Assembly (NCBI GenBank): GCA_049964835.1
Contig: JBMFWW010000001.1
Location: 67,589 to 131,588, forward strand
Length of the DNA: 64,000 nucleotides
Reading direction: 5' to 3'
Source of the DNA: Candidatus Micrarchaeia archaeon
GTDB lineage: Archaea; Micrarchaeota; Micrarchaeia; Micrarchaeales; CABMGC01
Shown: positions 6,917 through 16,068 of the stretch, one piece after another
Numbering within the stretch: position 1 is the stretch's first letter
How the letters are laid out: each line of letters opens with the position of its first letter
Program-made: the position numbers and the translations under genes
Notes under the pieces: model-generated
The model's input: only the letters and a program-made list of their open reading frames with translations
What the model was told of the DNA's origin: nothing
Databases searched by the model: none

Positions 6917-8641
6917 TTACAATGATATAAAGTAAGGCCGTTCTGTTTTTTTATCTAATTTAAAAAAGCCATGTTTTTCCAACTGGACTATGTCTCCTTC
7001 TGACAATAAATCCGCATAGCTCTCTATTAAGCCTTCTTTTATTTCCATGCTGTTTTTATTGAACTCTTCTCCGTTTAAAAGATTTTTTATTTCGTAAATA
7101 GTACATCCCATAAAATTGCCTTCATTGACCCATGTAACTTTCGGAGCAGTTGATGATTGCTTATCTGTATAAGTTGCAATTATCTCGTTTTTATCTATGT
7201 TTTCTATCTTTATATCAAATGCATCCTTAAGTCTCAAATCTTCATTTTCTGACAAAACATTTGCATCATATGAATTTATAAAGAATACGTTGTCTAATGT
7301 GTAGCTTCTGTAACCCATATCGAGTGTTGGATGCACCTTCATGCGCATTTTCTTCTTTTCTAAAGGTATATTTTTAACGTATAATTTTCTTGGATTTTCT
7401 ACATAAAACAAACGTTTAGCGTGGTTTTCTATTATTTTTTTGTTCTCGTTTAACAGCATACTTATATCTACTTTGCTCTCGGTTTTACTCATTCCAAATC
7501 TTAATGAAAATTCTTTTATGGCAAGCGGCTTTACTCCTCTTCTTCTTAAGCCCGCTATTGTAACAAGTCTTGGATCATCATAGCCCCACAATAAGCCCTC
7601 TTTAATCAACGCGTTTATTTTACGTTTTGATGTAATGTTATCTTTTATCTCAAGGCGTGCAACGCTGTGAATTCTTGGTTTTCTAAGCTCTAACTTTTCT
7701 AGTATATAAAAATAGAGCTCGTCCATCAATTCAAACTCTTTACTTCTTATGACATCTGTTACTCCTTTTATAGAATCTGTTATGGGTGTATTGAAAGAGT
7801 ATGTAGGCCAAACGGTGTATTTATCTCCTTGACGATAATGAGTGGCGGTTTTAACCCTAAAAAGAGTAGGATCTCGCATAGATGTGTTTGATGCGCCAAG
7901 ATCATAATTTAATCTTATTATAGTTTCACTTGAATTTATGCCCTTAAGAAGCTCTCTCCATAAATCCATATTTTCTGATATGGAATGTTTTTTGTGCTTG
8001 CATGGAATATTTTCAGATCTGCTTTTTTTAACATCTTCTTGAGAACATGTGCAGGCATATGCGCTACCTAGTGCAATCAGCTTTTCGCAGTATTTGTATA
8101 TTAGTTCTATATTATCGCTTGCATAATATTCCATATCGTAATTTATTCCAAGCCACTTGAGATCTTTTTTAATATTATCTACAAATTCCTGCTTTTCAGT
8201 CTCAGGATTTGTATCATCAAAATAAAGAGCAAGCTTTCCTTCGTATACATTTGCAAACTCCCTTTCGGTAAACGCCACCTTTGCATGGCCTAGCTGCATT
8301 GGTCCATTAGGCTCTGGAGGAAATCTTGTAATAAAATTGCCCTTTTCCGCACCTTCTATATTGAAGTTGTGCTTAGAACTTTTTTCTGCCTTTTCGAGTT
8401 CTTCTTTTTTGTATGTATCTTTGAACTCCTCTGCTTCTTCTTCAAGCCTTTGCTTTGAAAATTTATTTACCTCAAAAACAACATCATCTAAATATTTAGA
8501 AAGTGAGGGCATATCCAATTTTAATGATGGAAACTTTGCAATGACCTTGCTTATTACTGAGTCCTTTCTTGCTTTACCATAATCAAGTGCATTCTTAAGG
8601 ACTATCTTTTTAATCTCTTTTTTTTGAGTTTCATCAAGCAT
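6917..8641 (-). CDS. gltX: glutamyl-tRNA synthetase, archaeal/eukaryal type
   Basis: Class I HIGH-type motif (PNGPMQLGHAK), a KMSKS-like ITSKRK, and an archaeal-type N-terminal helical extension. 574 aa. Confidence 0.9.
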   Translation of the reverse strand: MLDETQKKEIKKIVLKNALDYGKARKDSVISKVIAKFPSLKLDMPSLSKYLDDVVFEVNKFSKQRLEEEAEEFKDTYKKEELEKAEKSSKHNFNIEGAEKGNFITRFPPEPNGPMQLGHAKVAFTEREFANVYEGKLALYFDDTNPETEKQEFVDNIKKDLKWLGINYDMEYYASDNIELIYKYCEKLIALGSAYACTCSQEDVKKSRSENIPCKHKKHSISENMDLWRELLKGINSSETIIRLNYDLGASNTSMRDPTLFRVKTATHYRQGDKYTVWPTYSFNTPITDSIKGVTDVIRSKEFELMDELYFYILEKLELRKPRIHSVARLEIKDNITSKRKINALIKEGLLWGYDDPRLVTIAGLRRRGVKPLAIKEFSLRFGMSKTESKVDISMLLNENKKIIENHAKRLFYVENPRKLYVKNIPLEKKKMRMKVHPTLDMGYRSYTLDNVFFINSYDANVLSENEDLRLKDAFDIKIENIDKNEIIATYTDKQSSTAPKVTWVNEGNFMGCTIYEIKNLLNGEEFNKNSMEIKEGLIESYADLLSEGDIVQLEKHGFFKLDKKTERPYFISL

Positions 8642-9298
8642 CTATGCACTCCTCGTAATACTTAATTGATAAATTGTTCCATTCTGATAGATTAGAGCTC
8701 TTACAGTTATGGGCACTATTATTGAATTAGTAGGTATTGAAACATTTAAATAAATGTCTCTGCTTGTTGAAGGTATTGGTATTTGAACATTTTGTGTTTT
8801 GCCGGATATGCCGGTATTTACTGAAAAATTAACATACTGTGGAACTAACAACTGTGCAGCTGCATTAAAAGCCATGCAGCTAGTTAGGGTTTTGTTGTAT
8901 GTACTTGAAATTGTATTATATAATCCTAAAGGACTTAATGTACCTAAATCTATATTAAAGATGTTTTGTGTTTGGTAAAATGTAGATACAGAGTTATTGC
9001 CTTCTAACTGGGTTAACTTGTTTGTAAGGTATGAATTTGTTTTATTTGTATTTTTTGTATTGTTGCAGTTTACTGAAATAGTAGATATACCAGTATAATT
9101 GTCTATTATAGCATTTGAAGTTCCAGATACGTATATGGTCTGGGCAGTAGGCAATGTAGAATTTGATGAAGAAGCGGTTTTAGAAGTCGTACTTGTTTGC
9201 AGATTAGCTAGTACAGCATAAGATGATATAAAAATAACACCTATGAATATAGATAGTATCACTTGAAGCATTTTTTTCTTTTCCATAATATCACACAA
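8642..9298 (-). CDS. exported Ser/Thr/Asn-rich protein with N-terminal membrane anchor
   Basis: Has the hydrophobic segment MLQVILSIFIGVIFISSYAVLA and many N-x-S/T sequons. Its stop directly abuts the gltX start at 8641. Confidence 0.55.
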   Translation of the reverse strand: MCDIMEKKKMLQVILSIFIGVIFISSYAVLANLQTSTTSKTASSSNSTLPTAQTIYVSGTSNAIIDNYTGISTISVNCNNTKNTNKTNSYLTNKLTQLEGNNSVSTFYQTQNIFNIDLGTLSPLGLYNTISSTYNKTLTSCMAFNAAAQLLVPQYVNFSVNTGISGKTQNVQIPIPSTSRDIYLNVSIPTNSIIVPITVRALIYQNGTIYQLSITRSA

Positions 9299-9403
9299 AC
9301 ATTTTAATAATAAATCTATATAATATATAGCTTAAATTAAAAGACTTTCTGAAAACATTTGTTTTTGTGATTAGTTCTTTTATTTTTGTATAAAGGAGAT
9401 TTT

Positions 9404-10093
9404 ATGGCTTTAAAAGAAGGAGATTTTGTAAAGATAGACTACAGTATATGGAGAGGATCAGACAACACTCTTGTCATGACGACTGAAAAAAAATTGGCAG
9501 AAGAGAATAAGATATATGACAAAGAGTTTAGGTATGAGCCACGATTAGTTATTTTAGAAAAAGATAATATGATAAAGGGAGTTGTGGAAGCACTTAAAGG
9601 TATGTCAGTAGGAGAAAAAAAGAAGATTGAAATATCTCCAGAAAAAGCTTTCGGTGAACGAATGCAAGAACTCGTAAGAGTACTTCCTATTAGCGATTTT
9701 AGAAAAAGAGATATGACACCATATCCTGGAATGCAGATAGAAATAGACGGAGGCGTTGCTACAATAATGAGCGTTAATTCTGGAAGAGTAATGGTAGATT
9801 CTAATCATCCGCTTGCTGGAGAAAAAATAACATGTGAAATAAAAGTTCTTGAAAAGTTAGACGGTGTAGAAAAACAGTCAGAATGTATCTTCGAACAATA
9901 TGGGCTCAAGCCAACAAAGATACAGATGAACAATAAAGAGTTAATAGCAACATTTGGAAAAGATGTGAAGAAGGACGGAAGATACTTTGTTGACAAATCA
10001 TCTGCAGTAGAAACTATAATTTCAAATATAAACAGTATTGAAAAGGTACTAGTTCAAGAAGAGTATACAAAGGAGCAAGAAAGCAAAAAATAA
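9404..10093 (+). CDS. FKBP-type peptidyl-prolyl cis-trans isomerase (long archaeal SlyD-like type)
   Basis: LKEGDFVKIDYSIW...GMSVGEKKKIEISPEKAFGER...HPLAGEKITCEIKVLE. The ATG at 9404 is preceded by aaggag. The track start at 9386 is a TTG. Confidence 0.8.
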   Translation: MALKEGDFVKIDYSIWRGSDNTLVMTTEKKLAEENKIYDKEFRYEPRLVILEKDNMIKGVVEALKGMSVGEKKKIEISPEKAFGERMQELVRVLPISDFRKRDMTPYPGMQIEIDGGVATIMSVNSGRVMVDSNHPLAGEKITCEIKVLEKLDGVEKQSECIFEQYGLKPTKIQMNNKELIATFGKDVKKDGRYFVDKSSAVETIISNINSIEKVLVQEEYTKEQESKK

Positions 10094-10182
10094 ATGCTGA
10101 AATATTGAAATCTATTTTATAAGTATATAGAGTTATAATTCAATAATTTTCTTTTTTATTCTTATTTTTTATTTTTAATTTA

Positions 10183-10371
10183 TTACTCGTTTATGTTTAA
10201 AGCATAGGTCCCATTTACGGTGAAGCCCAACTTCTTCGCTATCTCTGATTTCTCAACATTTAGTATTATTACATGGCCACTCCACTTAGTAGTCAGATTG
10301 CTTTGGCCACAAATAGGACATTTTTCTCCTTGTGAGATTATGACTTTACAGTTACGACATGCTTTTTCCAT
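10183..10371 (-). CDS. spt4: transcription elongation factor Spt4 (RNA polymerase subunit E'')
   Basis: MEKACRNCKVIISQGEKCPICG zinc ribbon followed by WSGHVIILNVEKSEIAKKLG. It starts 4 nt after the rpoE' stop, which is the conserved archaeal arrangement. Confidence 0.85.
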   Translation of the reverse strand: MEKACRNCKVIISQGEKCPICGQSNLTTKWSGHVIILNVEKSEIAKKLGFTVNGTYALNINE

Positions 10372-10375
10372 TAAA

Positions 10376-10987
10376 TCACTTCTTTTTATTACTAGATGAC
10401 TTTTCACGTACCTTGCTCTTTTGCCCTTTTATGTCCTTGCCTTTTGGAGCTTTTGTTTCCTTAAGCCATTCGTATTTGCCTAAACCGTCTGGTCTCATTG
10501 TAAGTGCTATCTTTGTATCTTTTAGATTGCCCTTAAAGCTAACCGTAGATATCTTTGCATATACAATGTCACCTTTCTTAAGATTTTTTCCTGTGCTCTT
10601 TGAAACAAAAGCACTTGTTTTTCTATCGTAATTTATATAATCATTCATAATTTGAGACATATGTACAAGACCATCTATTGGGCCTAGCCTTACAAAGCAG
10701 CCGAAATCAACAAGCTCCGATACTTCTCCTTTTACTACCTCTCCAACATCTAGGCTAAATGTAAGAACGTTGAATGTTACATTGTGATGTGTTGATGGAT
10801 CTCCAGGAAGTATAAAGCCATCACTTATGTCTCTTACGTTGTATAAAGCAAGAATTATGCCTAAATGCTTGTCTATTGTTCTTTCATACTTTGATCTTAG
10901 CATAGCAGTAGCTGATGCTTGAACATCTTCGCCAAAATGGCTAGGGGGTATGCTTATCGAATCTTTTATAGTGTGTATATAATACAA
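10376..10987 (-). CDS. rpoE: DNA-directed RNA polymerase subunit E' (Rpo7) with S1 domain
   Basis: N-terminal Rpo7 fold (IKDSISIPPSHFGEDV...) plus an S1 domain (GEVVKGEVSELVDFGCFVRLGPIDGLVHMSQI). Lys-rich C-terminal tail and TTG start. Confidence 0.85.
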   Translation of the reverse strand: MYYIHTIKDSISIPPSHFGEDVQASATAMLRSKYERTIDKHLGIILALYNVRDISDGFILPGDPSTHHNVTFNVLTFSLDVGEVVKGEVSELVDFGCFVRLGPIDGLVHMSQIMNDYINYDRKTSAFVSKSTGKNLKKGDIVYAKISTVSFKGNLKDTKIALTMRPDGLGKYEWLKETKAPKGKDIKGQKSKVREKSSSNKKK

Positions 10988-11168
10988 AATCTCACCTAAG
11001 GTAATAGAATTATTACCATAATAATTAAGAGTAAATTAATTTAAGCTTATCGTTACCTAGTATGCTTGGCTTTGTACCAAAATACTATAAACACAAAGAT
11101 ATTTAATTTGTCAGGTTCCTAAGTATGCTTAAACCATATAGCTTATTTGCATAGATTATTCAACTAGT

Positions 11169-11561
11169 TTATCTAAGTATACCAGATTTAGAGATGCTTA
11201 TTACTGTTATACCATTATGCTTAAGCTGCTTTTTTAATTTTATATCATTTGTGCAAACTTGTGCTTTATTTTTGGTTGCATAATTTAATATCCATTTATC
11301 AACGTAACTTTCTGATTTATTTATAATTAACCTTTTTTTATTTACTGTATCTTTTACAATTTCCAAAGCCATAACTGCCTCTTTTTTAAGACTTTTTGAT
11401 GACTTTGAAAATCTTTTAAGCTCTAAAAGTACTCCTTTTGATATAACAATAGTATGTGAAAAATACTTGTCGTTATTTGAGATTATCTCAAAAACATTGT
11501 TTTTATACTTTAACCCAAATAGTATTGAACTTGTATCTATTATCAATTCTTCGCTTTTCAT
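11169..11561 (-). CDS. PIN-domain protein (Fcf1/Utp24-like)
   Basis: LIIDTSSILF acidic N-terminal motif and a C-terminal VCTNDIKLKKQLKHNGITVI. It lies upstream of rpoE'-spt4, as in many archaea. The longest ORF starts at 11585. Confidence 0.65.
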   Translation of the reverse strand: MKSEELIIDTSSILFGLKYKNNVFEIISNNDKYFSHTIVISKGVLLELKRFSKSSKSLKKEAVMALEIVKDTVNKKRLIINKSESYVDKWILNYATKNKAQVCTNDIKLKKQLKHNGITVISISKSGILR

Positions 11562-11612
11562 GCAAAAATATTTATAACAAACCATAATAAAATACTATCT
11601 AGGGCTTATTTT

Positions 11613-12017
11613 ATGGATTTAGATATGTATGCAGAAACACTATTGCAAAGTTATGAGCATCCGGTAAATAAAGGTATATTAGATGACAATCAAATAAAAA
11701 GGCACGAAGAGAATATATCTTGCGGAGATAAGATAACAGTTTATATAAAATTAGAAAATGATGTAATTAAAGATGTTAAATTTGATGGAAGCGGTTGCGT
11801 AATATCGATGGGCTCTGCCGATCTTCTTATAGGAGAAGTTATAGGTAAGAAAATTTCAGATATGGAGAAATTTGGAAAAGCAGATTTGTTAAAGTTTATA
11901 GGAATTGATCCTGGTCCAGTAAGAATGCATTGCGCAACTCTATGCTTAAGAGCTATTAAAAAAGGTATTTTTGAGTATGTCAAAAAGGAACCTGATAGAG
12001 AAACAAAAGAGTTGTGA
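11613..12017 (+). CDS. Fe-S cluster assembly scaffold, NifU N-terminal/IscU/SufU type
   Basis: Three conserved Cys contexts: NISCGDKITVYIK, GSGCVISMGSADLL and VRMHCATLCLRA. Confidence 0.85.
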   Translation: MDLDMYAETLLQSYEHPVNKGILDDNQIKRHEENISCGDKITVYIKLENDVIKDVKFDGSGCVISMGSADLLIGEVIGKKISDMEKFGKADLLKFIGIDPGPVRMHCATLCLRAIKKGIFEYVKKEPDRETKEL

Positions 12018-12067
12018 TTTTTTCTAATTACCCAATATCGTAAACTTTGAAGAATAATAAAAACAAC

Positions 12068-12114
12068 TCAGAAGACTTTTTTCATCATTAATCAGAAATA
12101 CCTCGTCTCATCAT
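12068..12114 (-). ncRNA. box C/D sRNA candidate
   Basis: On the minus strand: AUGAUGA (C), 12 nt, CUGA (D'), 3 nt, AUGAUGA (C'), 10 nt, CUGA (D). All four boxes are perfect. Intergenic, 50 nt after the scaffold gene. Confidence 0.7.
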
Positions 12115-12165
12115 TAATCATATTTAGTAGTTAAGTTATATAATAATTAAGTTTTTAAATTAGGT

Positions 12166-12440
12166 AAATAACGAATTTTTTGTAGTATCCCGATTTAATG
12201 TCCTCTCGATAATTAATCTCATCATTTCATCTTTTATTTGTTTCGTATTCAACCATTTTTTGTGTCATCTTCTCAAAATATGCAATTTTTTGAGTACCGT
12301 TCTCCTTTCCTTGCTTGTCTTATGGTCCATCTCATTCCTCTATTTGTCAACTTCTTTATGATTTGTATATTTACATAACCATATTCCTTTGTCATGAGGA
12401 CCTTATTTCGATATAATACAAAATAACGAATTTTTAGAAA
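12166..12440 (-). repeat. repeat family copy B (short, internally deleted copy)
   Basis: Both ends match copy A (653-1312) in inverted orientation. It retains the ATG and MTKEYGYVNIQIIKKLTNRGMRWTIRQARKGERYSKNCIF then a stop. A perfect 15-bp direct repeat AAATAACGAATTTTT sits at 12166-12180 and 12421-12435. Confidence 0.7.
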
Positions 12441-12494
12441 TGTTTAAATAACTTTCTTTCTTTATATTTATGTAAATATTTTAAAAGTGATAAG

Positions 12495-12995
12495 ATGAAA
12501 ACGATAAAAGGACAAAGTGCAATGGAATATCTTATGACATATGGTTGGGCCATATTGATCATAGCAATAGTTCTAGTGGCGCTTTTTGAGCTTGGAATTT
12601 TCGGTGGTTCAACACTACCTACGGCGTGTGTAGCACAGTCAGGTTTTGTATGCCAAAATCCTGTATGGGCTAGTAGTAACATAGTAGTTTCAATAGGTCA
12701 AAATTCTGGGCAAGCATACACAGTAGTAAACTTAGCATTTTTAAGCGGCACCAACCTGGCAACGTTCCAAAGTACTCCTACATCATTCCCTTCTGGAACC
12801 TCATTTTCGGCTGCTTCAGATGGACTTAGTACTATGGGATCGGGAGCAATATACTCTGCAAATGTACCTTCTGATATCGCAAGTCCTTCAATAAATCAAG
12901 GAATAAGCGGCCAGATTTGGTTAGAGTACACGGCGCCTGGTTCATCAACAGATCAGTTCGTAGAAGTAGCAACATTAACAGCAAAGTACACATAA
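12495..12995 (+). CDS. type IV pilin-like protein with class III signal peptide
   Basis: MKTIKG/QSAMEYLMTYGWAILIIAIVLVALF has a short basic leader, Gly at -1, Glu at +5 and a hydrophobic helix. The C-terminal motif GQIWLEYTAPGSSTDQFVEVATLTAKYT is shared with paralogues. Confidence 0.8.
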   Translation: MKTIKGQSAMEYLMTYGWAILIIAIVLVALFELGIFGGSTLPTACVAQSGFVCQNPVWASSNIVVSIGQNSGQAYTVVNLAFLSGTNLATFQSTPTSFPSGTSFSAASDGLSTMGSGAIYSANVPSDIASPSINQGISGQIWLEYTAPGSSTDQFVEVATLTAKYT

Positions 12996-13107
12996 TTGTA
13001 AGATGAATGCAGTAAGTAACACTTTTGATTTTTTGGGCTTGCCCATTTATTTTTTCTTCTTTTTCTACTTATTTTTTGCATATAATTTTTGTATATAGGT
13101 TTTATAG

Positions 13108-13785
13108 ATGAATAAAAAGGCAGTAATTGCTTATATAGTACTTATAATTTTTGGAATAGCAATGTACTTTTATGTAAGGGCTAATTTAAGTTCCGGCATA
13201 ACTATTAGTAATCAAAAAACAACTTCAACAGTAACAACTACTTTATCAAATAACACAAACTCAACCGGTCTTATTATTGTTTCAAAGTCCACTACGACAT
13301 CAAATTTCGGCCAACCGGTAGTAATAACAGAAAATTCAACGCCTGCTGTGATAAATGTAGGATATGGGGTCATATCTCCCGGCAATAACTACTCTTCTAA
13401 TCATGGAATAAACGGTTCTTCACTTTCAAGTTGTATTGCATACGGAGGTTTTACCTGTTCTAATTTATTCTTATCAAGTGCAACAGGCAATCTTACCTTC
13501 ACCTTTTCAGAACAACAATACCCAGTTTGGACAAAGGCAGAGATATTCTTGCTTAATCCAACATCGGCACCGCGGCCTAAGAATAACTTTGTAAACGTTT
13601 CGCAAGAGGTAATAATAGAAAATATATCAAACAGCGAGCAGATAACAATCACAATGCCTGCAATAAAACCTGGACTTCCAAAAGGTACACAAATAAGTGG
13701 AAATATATGGGCAATATTTCATACTGAAGCAACAAACTCTACTTATTTATCTGAGGTAGCACAGTTTTCAGCACAGTCAATTTGA
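13108..13785 (+). CDS. membrane-anchored Ser/Thr-rich exported protein, distant paralogue of the pilin-like family
   Basis: N-terminal anchor AVIAYIVLIIFGIAMYF. The C-terminus GNIWAIFHTEATNSTYLSEVAQFSAQSI aligns with the C-terminal motif of 12495-12995. Confidence 0.6.
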   Translation: MNKKAVIAYIVLIIFGIAMYFYVRANLSSGITISNQKTTSTVTTTLSNNTNSTGLIIVSKSTTTSNFGQPVVITENSTPAVINVGYGVISPGNNYSSNHGINGSSLSSCIAYGGFTCSNLFLSSATGNLTFTFSEQQYPVWTKAEIFLLNPTSAPRPKNNFVNVSQEVIIENISNSEQITITMPAIKPGLPKGTQISGNIWAIFHTEATNSTYLSEVAQFSAQSI

Positions 13786-14721
13786 TGAAGTATTTCTAAG
13801 TTCTTCCCTTTCCTTTCTAAGTTTTAGTACTTCGATTATTTCATTTGCGCTCAAAAGAGGCTTTCTTGTTCTGTCTGTGTCATCAACAGCTATCCTAGGG
13901 CAAGCGGTATTTACAAATACATCAAACTCCATCATATTATTAATAGACTCAAAGTCAAAGGTATTTGCAACTAGTATACCTGATTTTATACCTTCCTTTT
14001 CAAGCTTGCTCTTAAGTATTTTTGCAAGGCTCATATTGTGCTGACCGTTTTTTGTGCTAACCAGTATTCCTACATTTTTTGCATCTAGAGCGGATAAAAT
14101 TCTCCCCCGGCTTCTTTTATAATATCTCTCGCGGTAATGGTCTATGAACTCTATCGTGTTATTAAATGGTTCTACAAGCAAGAATGGTTTTTTAGTATGA
14201 AGAACAGCACCTAAAGGATGAAATAATCCTCCACCAAAGTATACTAATGCATCACATTCTCGATCTATGCTCGCTGCGCTTCCTATATCACAACCTAAGA
14301 TCTGTCCTCTCTTTTTAGCAAAACCGTAGGGTTTACCTATAATTACCTCCTTTCCATTTTTTTCATAAAAGCTCTTTACCGCATCTAGCTGATGTATGTG
14401 TTGTATGGTAGTCATTAATCCTATAGTTTTAAATGGCTTAAGTTTATCTAGTGTTTTAGGAAGTATTTCCATAGGTGCATCGTATTTATAATCAATGTAC
14501 TCAACATTGAAATCCACTTTGTGGAACTCAGCATGACCAAAATGTATGAGCTTCTCAGCTCCTATATTTTTAGCTTCATCTATAGCAAGATCACAGGCTC
14601 CAAATGTAGGCGAAGCGGATATAAATATCTCATGTCCTTGCGCTTCAAGCAGTTTAGCATGTTCAAGTGCCTTTTGCTTAAGCCCTTCTGGAAACTGTAA
14701 AAGTATTTTCATAAAACTCAT
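13777..14721 (-). CDS. dph2: diphthamide biosynthesis protein Dph2 (2-(3-amino-3-carboxypropyl)histidine synthase)
   Basis: MKILLQFPEGLK...ASPTFGACD...GCDIGSA...NTACPRIAVDD are typical radical-SAM Dph2 motifs. Possible starts are at 14721 or 14712. The longest ORF (14820) adds an implausible hydrophobic leader. Confidence 0.85.
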   Translation of the reverse strand: MSFMKILLQFPEGLKQKALEHAKLLEAQGHEIFISASPTFGACDLAIDEAKNIGAEKLIHFGHAEFHKVDFNVEYIDYKYDAPMEILPKTLDKLKPFKTIGLMTTIQHIHQLDAVKSFYEKNGKEVIIGKPYGFAKKRGQILGCDIGSAASIDRECDALVYFGGGLFHPLGAVLHTKKPFLLVEPFNNTIEFIDHYRERYYKRSRGRILSALDAKNVGILVSTKNGQHNMSLAKILKSKLEKEGIKSGILVANTFDFESINNMMEFDVFVNTACPRIAVDDTDRTRKPLLSANEIIEVLKLRKEREELRNTSSN

Positions 14722-14878
14722 TTTAAATAGTTTAAAGTAGGCAGTAAATTTACGTTCTTTGCCAAATAGCAATAAAAGTTTATATTTATAGATATATATT
14801 ATTATTGTTGTATAAAACATATAATGCTATTAATTAATATTCATTATTAATATCAAATAAATTAAATAGGTTTTAGGA

Positions 14879-15424
14879 ATGGAAGATGTAATACTTGTAG
14901 ATCAAAACGATAATCAGATAGGAACTATGGAAAAGCTAGCTGCACATCAAAACGGTGGCAAATGGCACAGAGCGTTTTCTGTTTTTATTTTTAATGATAA
15001 TAACGAAACTATGCTACAAAGACGAGCATTAACTAAGTATCATACTCCTGGTAGATGGACAAATGCGTGTTGCAGTCATCAAAGAGTCGGTGAAACAACT
15101 CTTCAGGCAGCACATAGGCGCCTTAACGAAGAGATGGGTTTTGATTGCGAACTTAAAGAAGTATTTAACTTTCCATATCAAGCTTATGTAGAAAAAGGCT
15201 TAACCGAAAATGAGTTTGATCATATACTTTTCGGGCGATATAATGGAAAACCAAATCTTAACAAAGAAGAGGCGTGTGATTGGAAATGGATCTCAATAAA
15301 AGAGTTAAAAGACGAGATTAAAAAAAGTCCAGATAACTTCACTCCTTGGTTAAAGCTAATGATAAATGAAGTAGAAAAGAATATGGATAAATTAGACTCA
15401 TCCAAAAAGAAGCAAAAACGCTAA
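14879..15424 (+). CDS. idi: isopentenyl-diphosphate delta-isomerase, type 1 (Nudix fold)
   Basis: HRAFSVFIFN...LQRRALTKYHTPGRWTNACCSHQRVGET...AAHRRLNEEMGF...ENEF are type-1 IDI signature residues. Confidence 0.85.
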   Translation: MEDVILVDQNDNQIGTMEKLAAHQNGGKWHRAFSVFIFNDNNETMLQRRALTKYHTPGRWTNACCSHQRVGETTLQAAHRRLNEEMGFDCELKEVFNFPYQAYVEKGLTENEFDHILFGRYNGKPNLNKEEACDWKWISIKELKDEIKKSPDNFTPWLKLMINEVEKNMDKLDSSKKKQKR

Positions 15425-15462
15425 TACTTAAAATTACTAAAAATAAATAAAAATATATTAAT

Positions 15463-15996
15463 TTATTGCTTCTTTTCAAGAGGAGTTAACTGTATTGAAT
15501 AGGAACCTGATAGTTTTGATGCTGCTCTTCTCAATGCCTCCTTTGCTATTATCCTATTTTTATTATCTACTCTTATTTCAAGAATCGGATTACCTCTTCT
15601 TACTCTTGCAGCTACCGACACCGGTCTTCCAAAGGATAACGACATACCTTGTGAAGCTCTGTCTGCTCCTGCTCCAGTTGCCCTTTTCTTTTCACGTATT
15701 ACTATATGTGGATAAGTTACTATTCTAAAGAAGTACTGTCCCGGTATCTTTCTTTCAAGATGCTTGTTTGCCACAAGTCTTGCAGACTCAAGCGCATTAG
15801 ATCTTAACTGTATGTATTGGTCCGGTACAAGTTTATAAATAGAATCATAATTTCCATTTTCAATGCCCATTCTAAATACAAGAAGGCTTGTGTGCGGCAA
15901 TGCCTTTACATAATTTTTTCTTGGTTTTTTTACAGAGTATCTGCTCCAAGCTTGACTGTGTATATATCTCATTGTTCTTGCTGGCCTTAATTTCAT
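15463..15996 (-). CDS. rpl10e: 50S ribosomal protein L10e (uL16)
   Basis: MKLRPARTMRYIHSQAWSRYSVKKPRKNY...GAGADRASQGMSLSFGRP. Confidence 0.9.
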   Translation of the reverse strand: MKLRPARTMRYIHSQAWSRYSVKKPRKNYVKALPHTSLLVFRMGIENGNYDSIYKLVPDQYIQLRSNALESARLVANKHLERKIPGQYFFRIVTYPHIVIREKKRATGAGADRASQGMSLSFGRPVSVAARVRRGNPILEIRVDNKNRIIAKEALRRAASKLSGSYSIQLTPLEKKQ

Positions 15997-16068
15997 TCAA
16001 AACACCGTTTAACATATTAATTTTAATACAAATTATATTACTCTTGAAAGATATAAAAGTATTTCTAT

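Noticed and set aside
11000-11132. 7-bp hairpin GGTAATA-gaat-TATTACC (11000-11017) and the direct repeat CCTA(A)GTATGCTT (11056-11067 and 11118-11130) upstream of rpoE'
   Set aside because: These are short AT-rich matches that are expected by chance in this composition. No supporting context exists beyond their promoter-proximal position.
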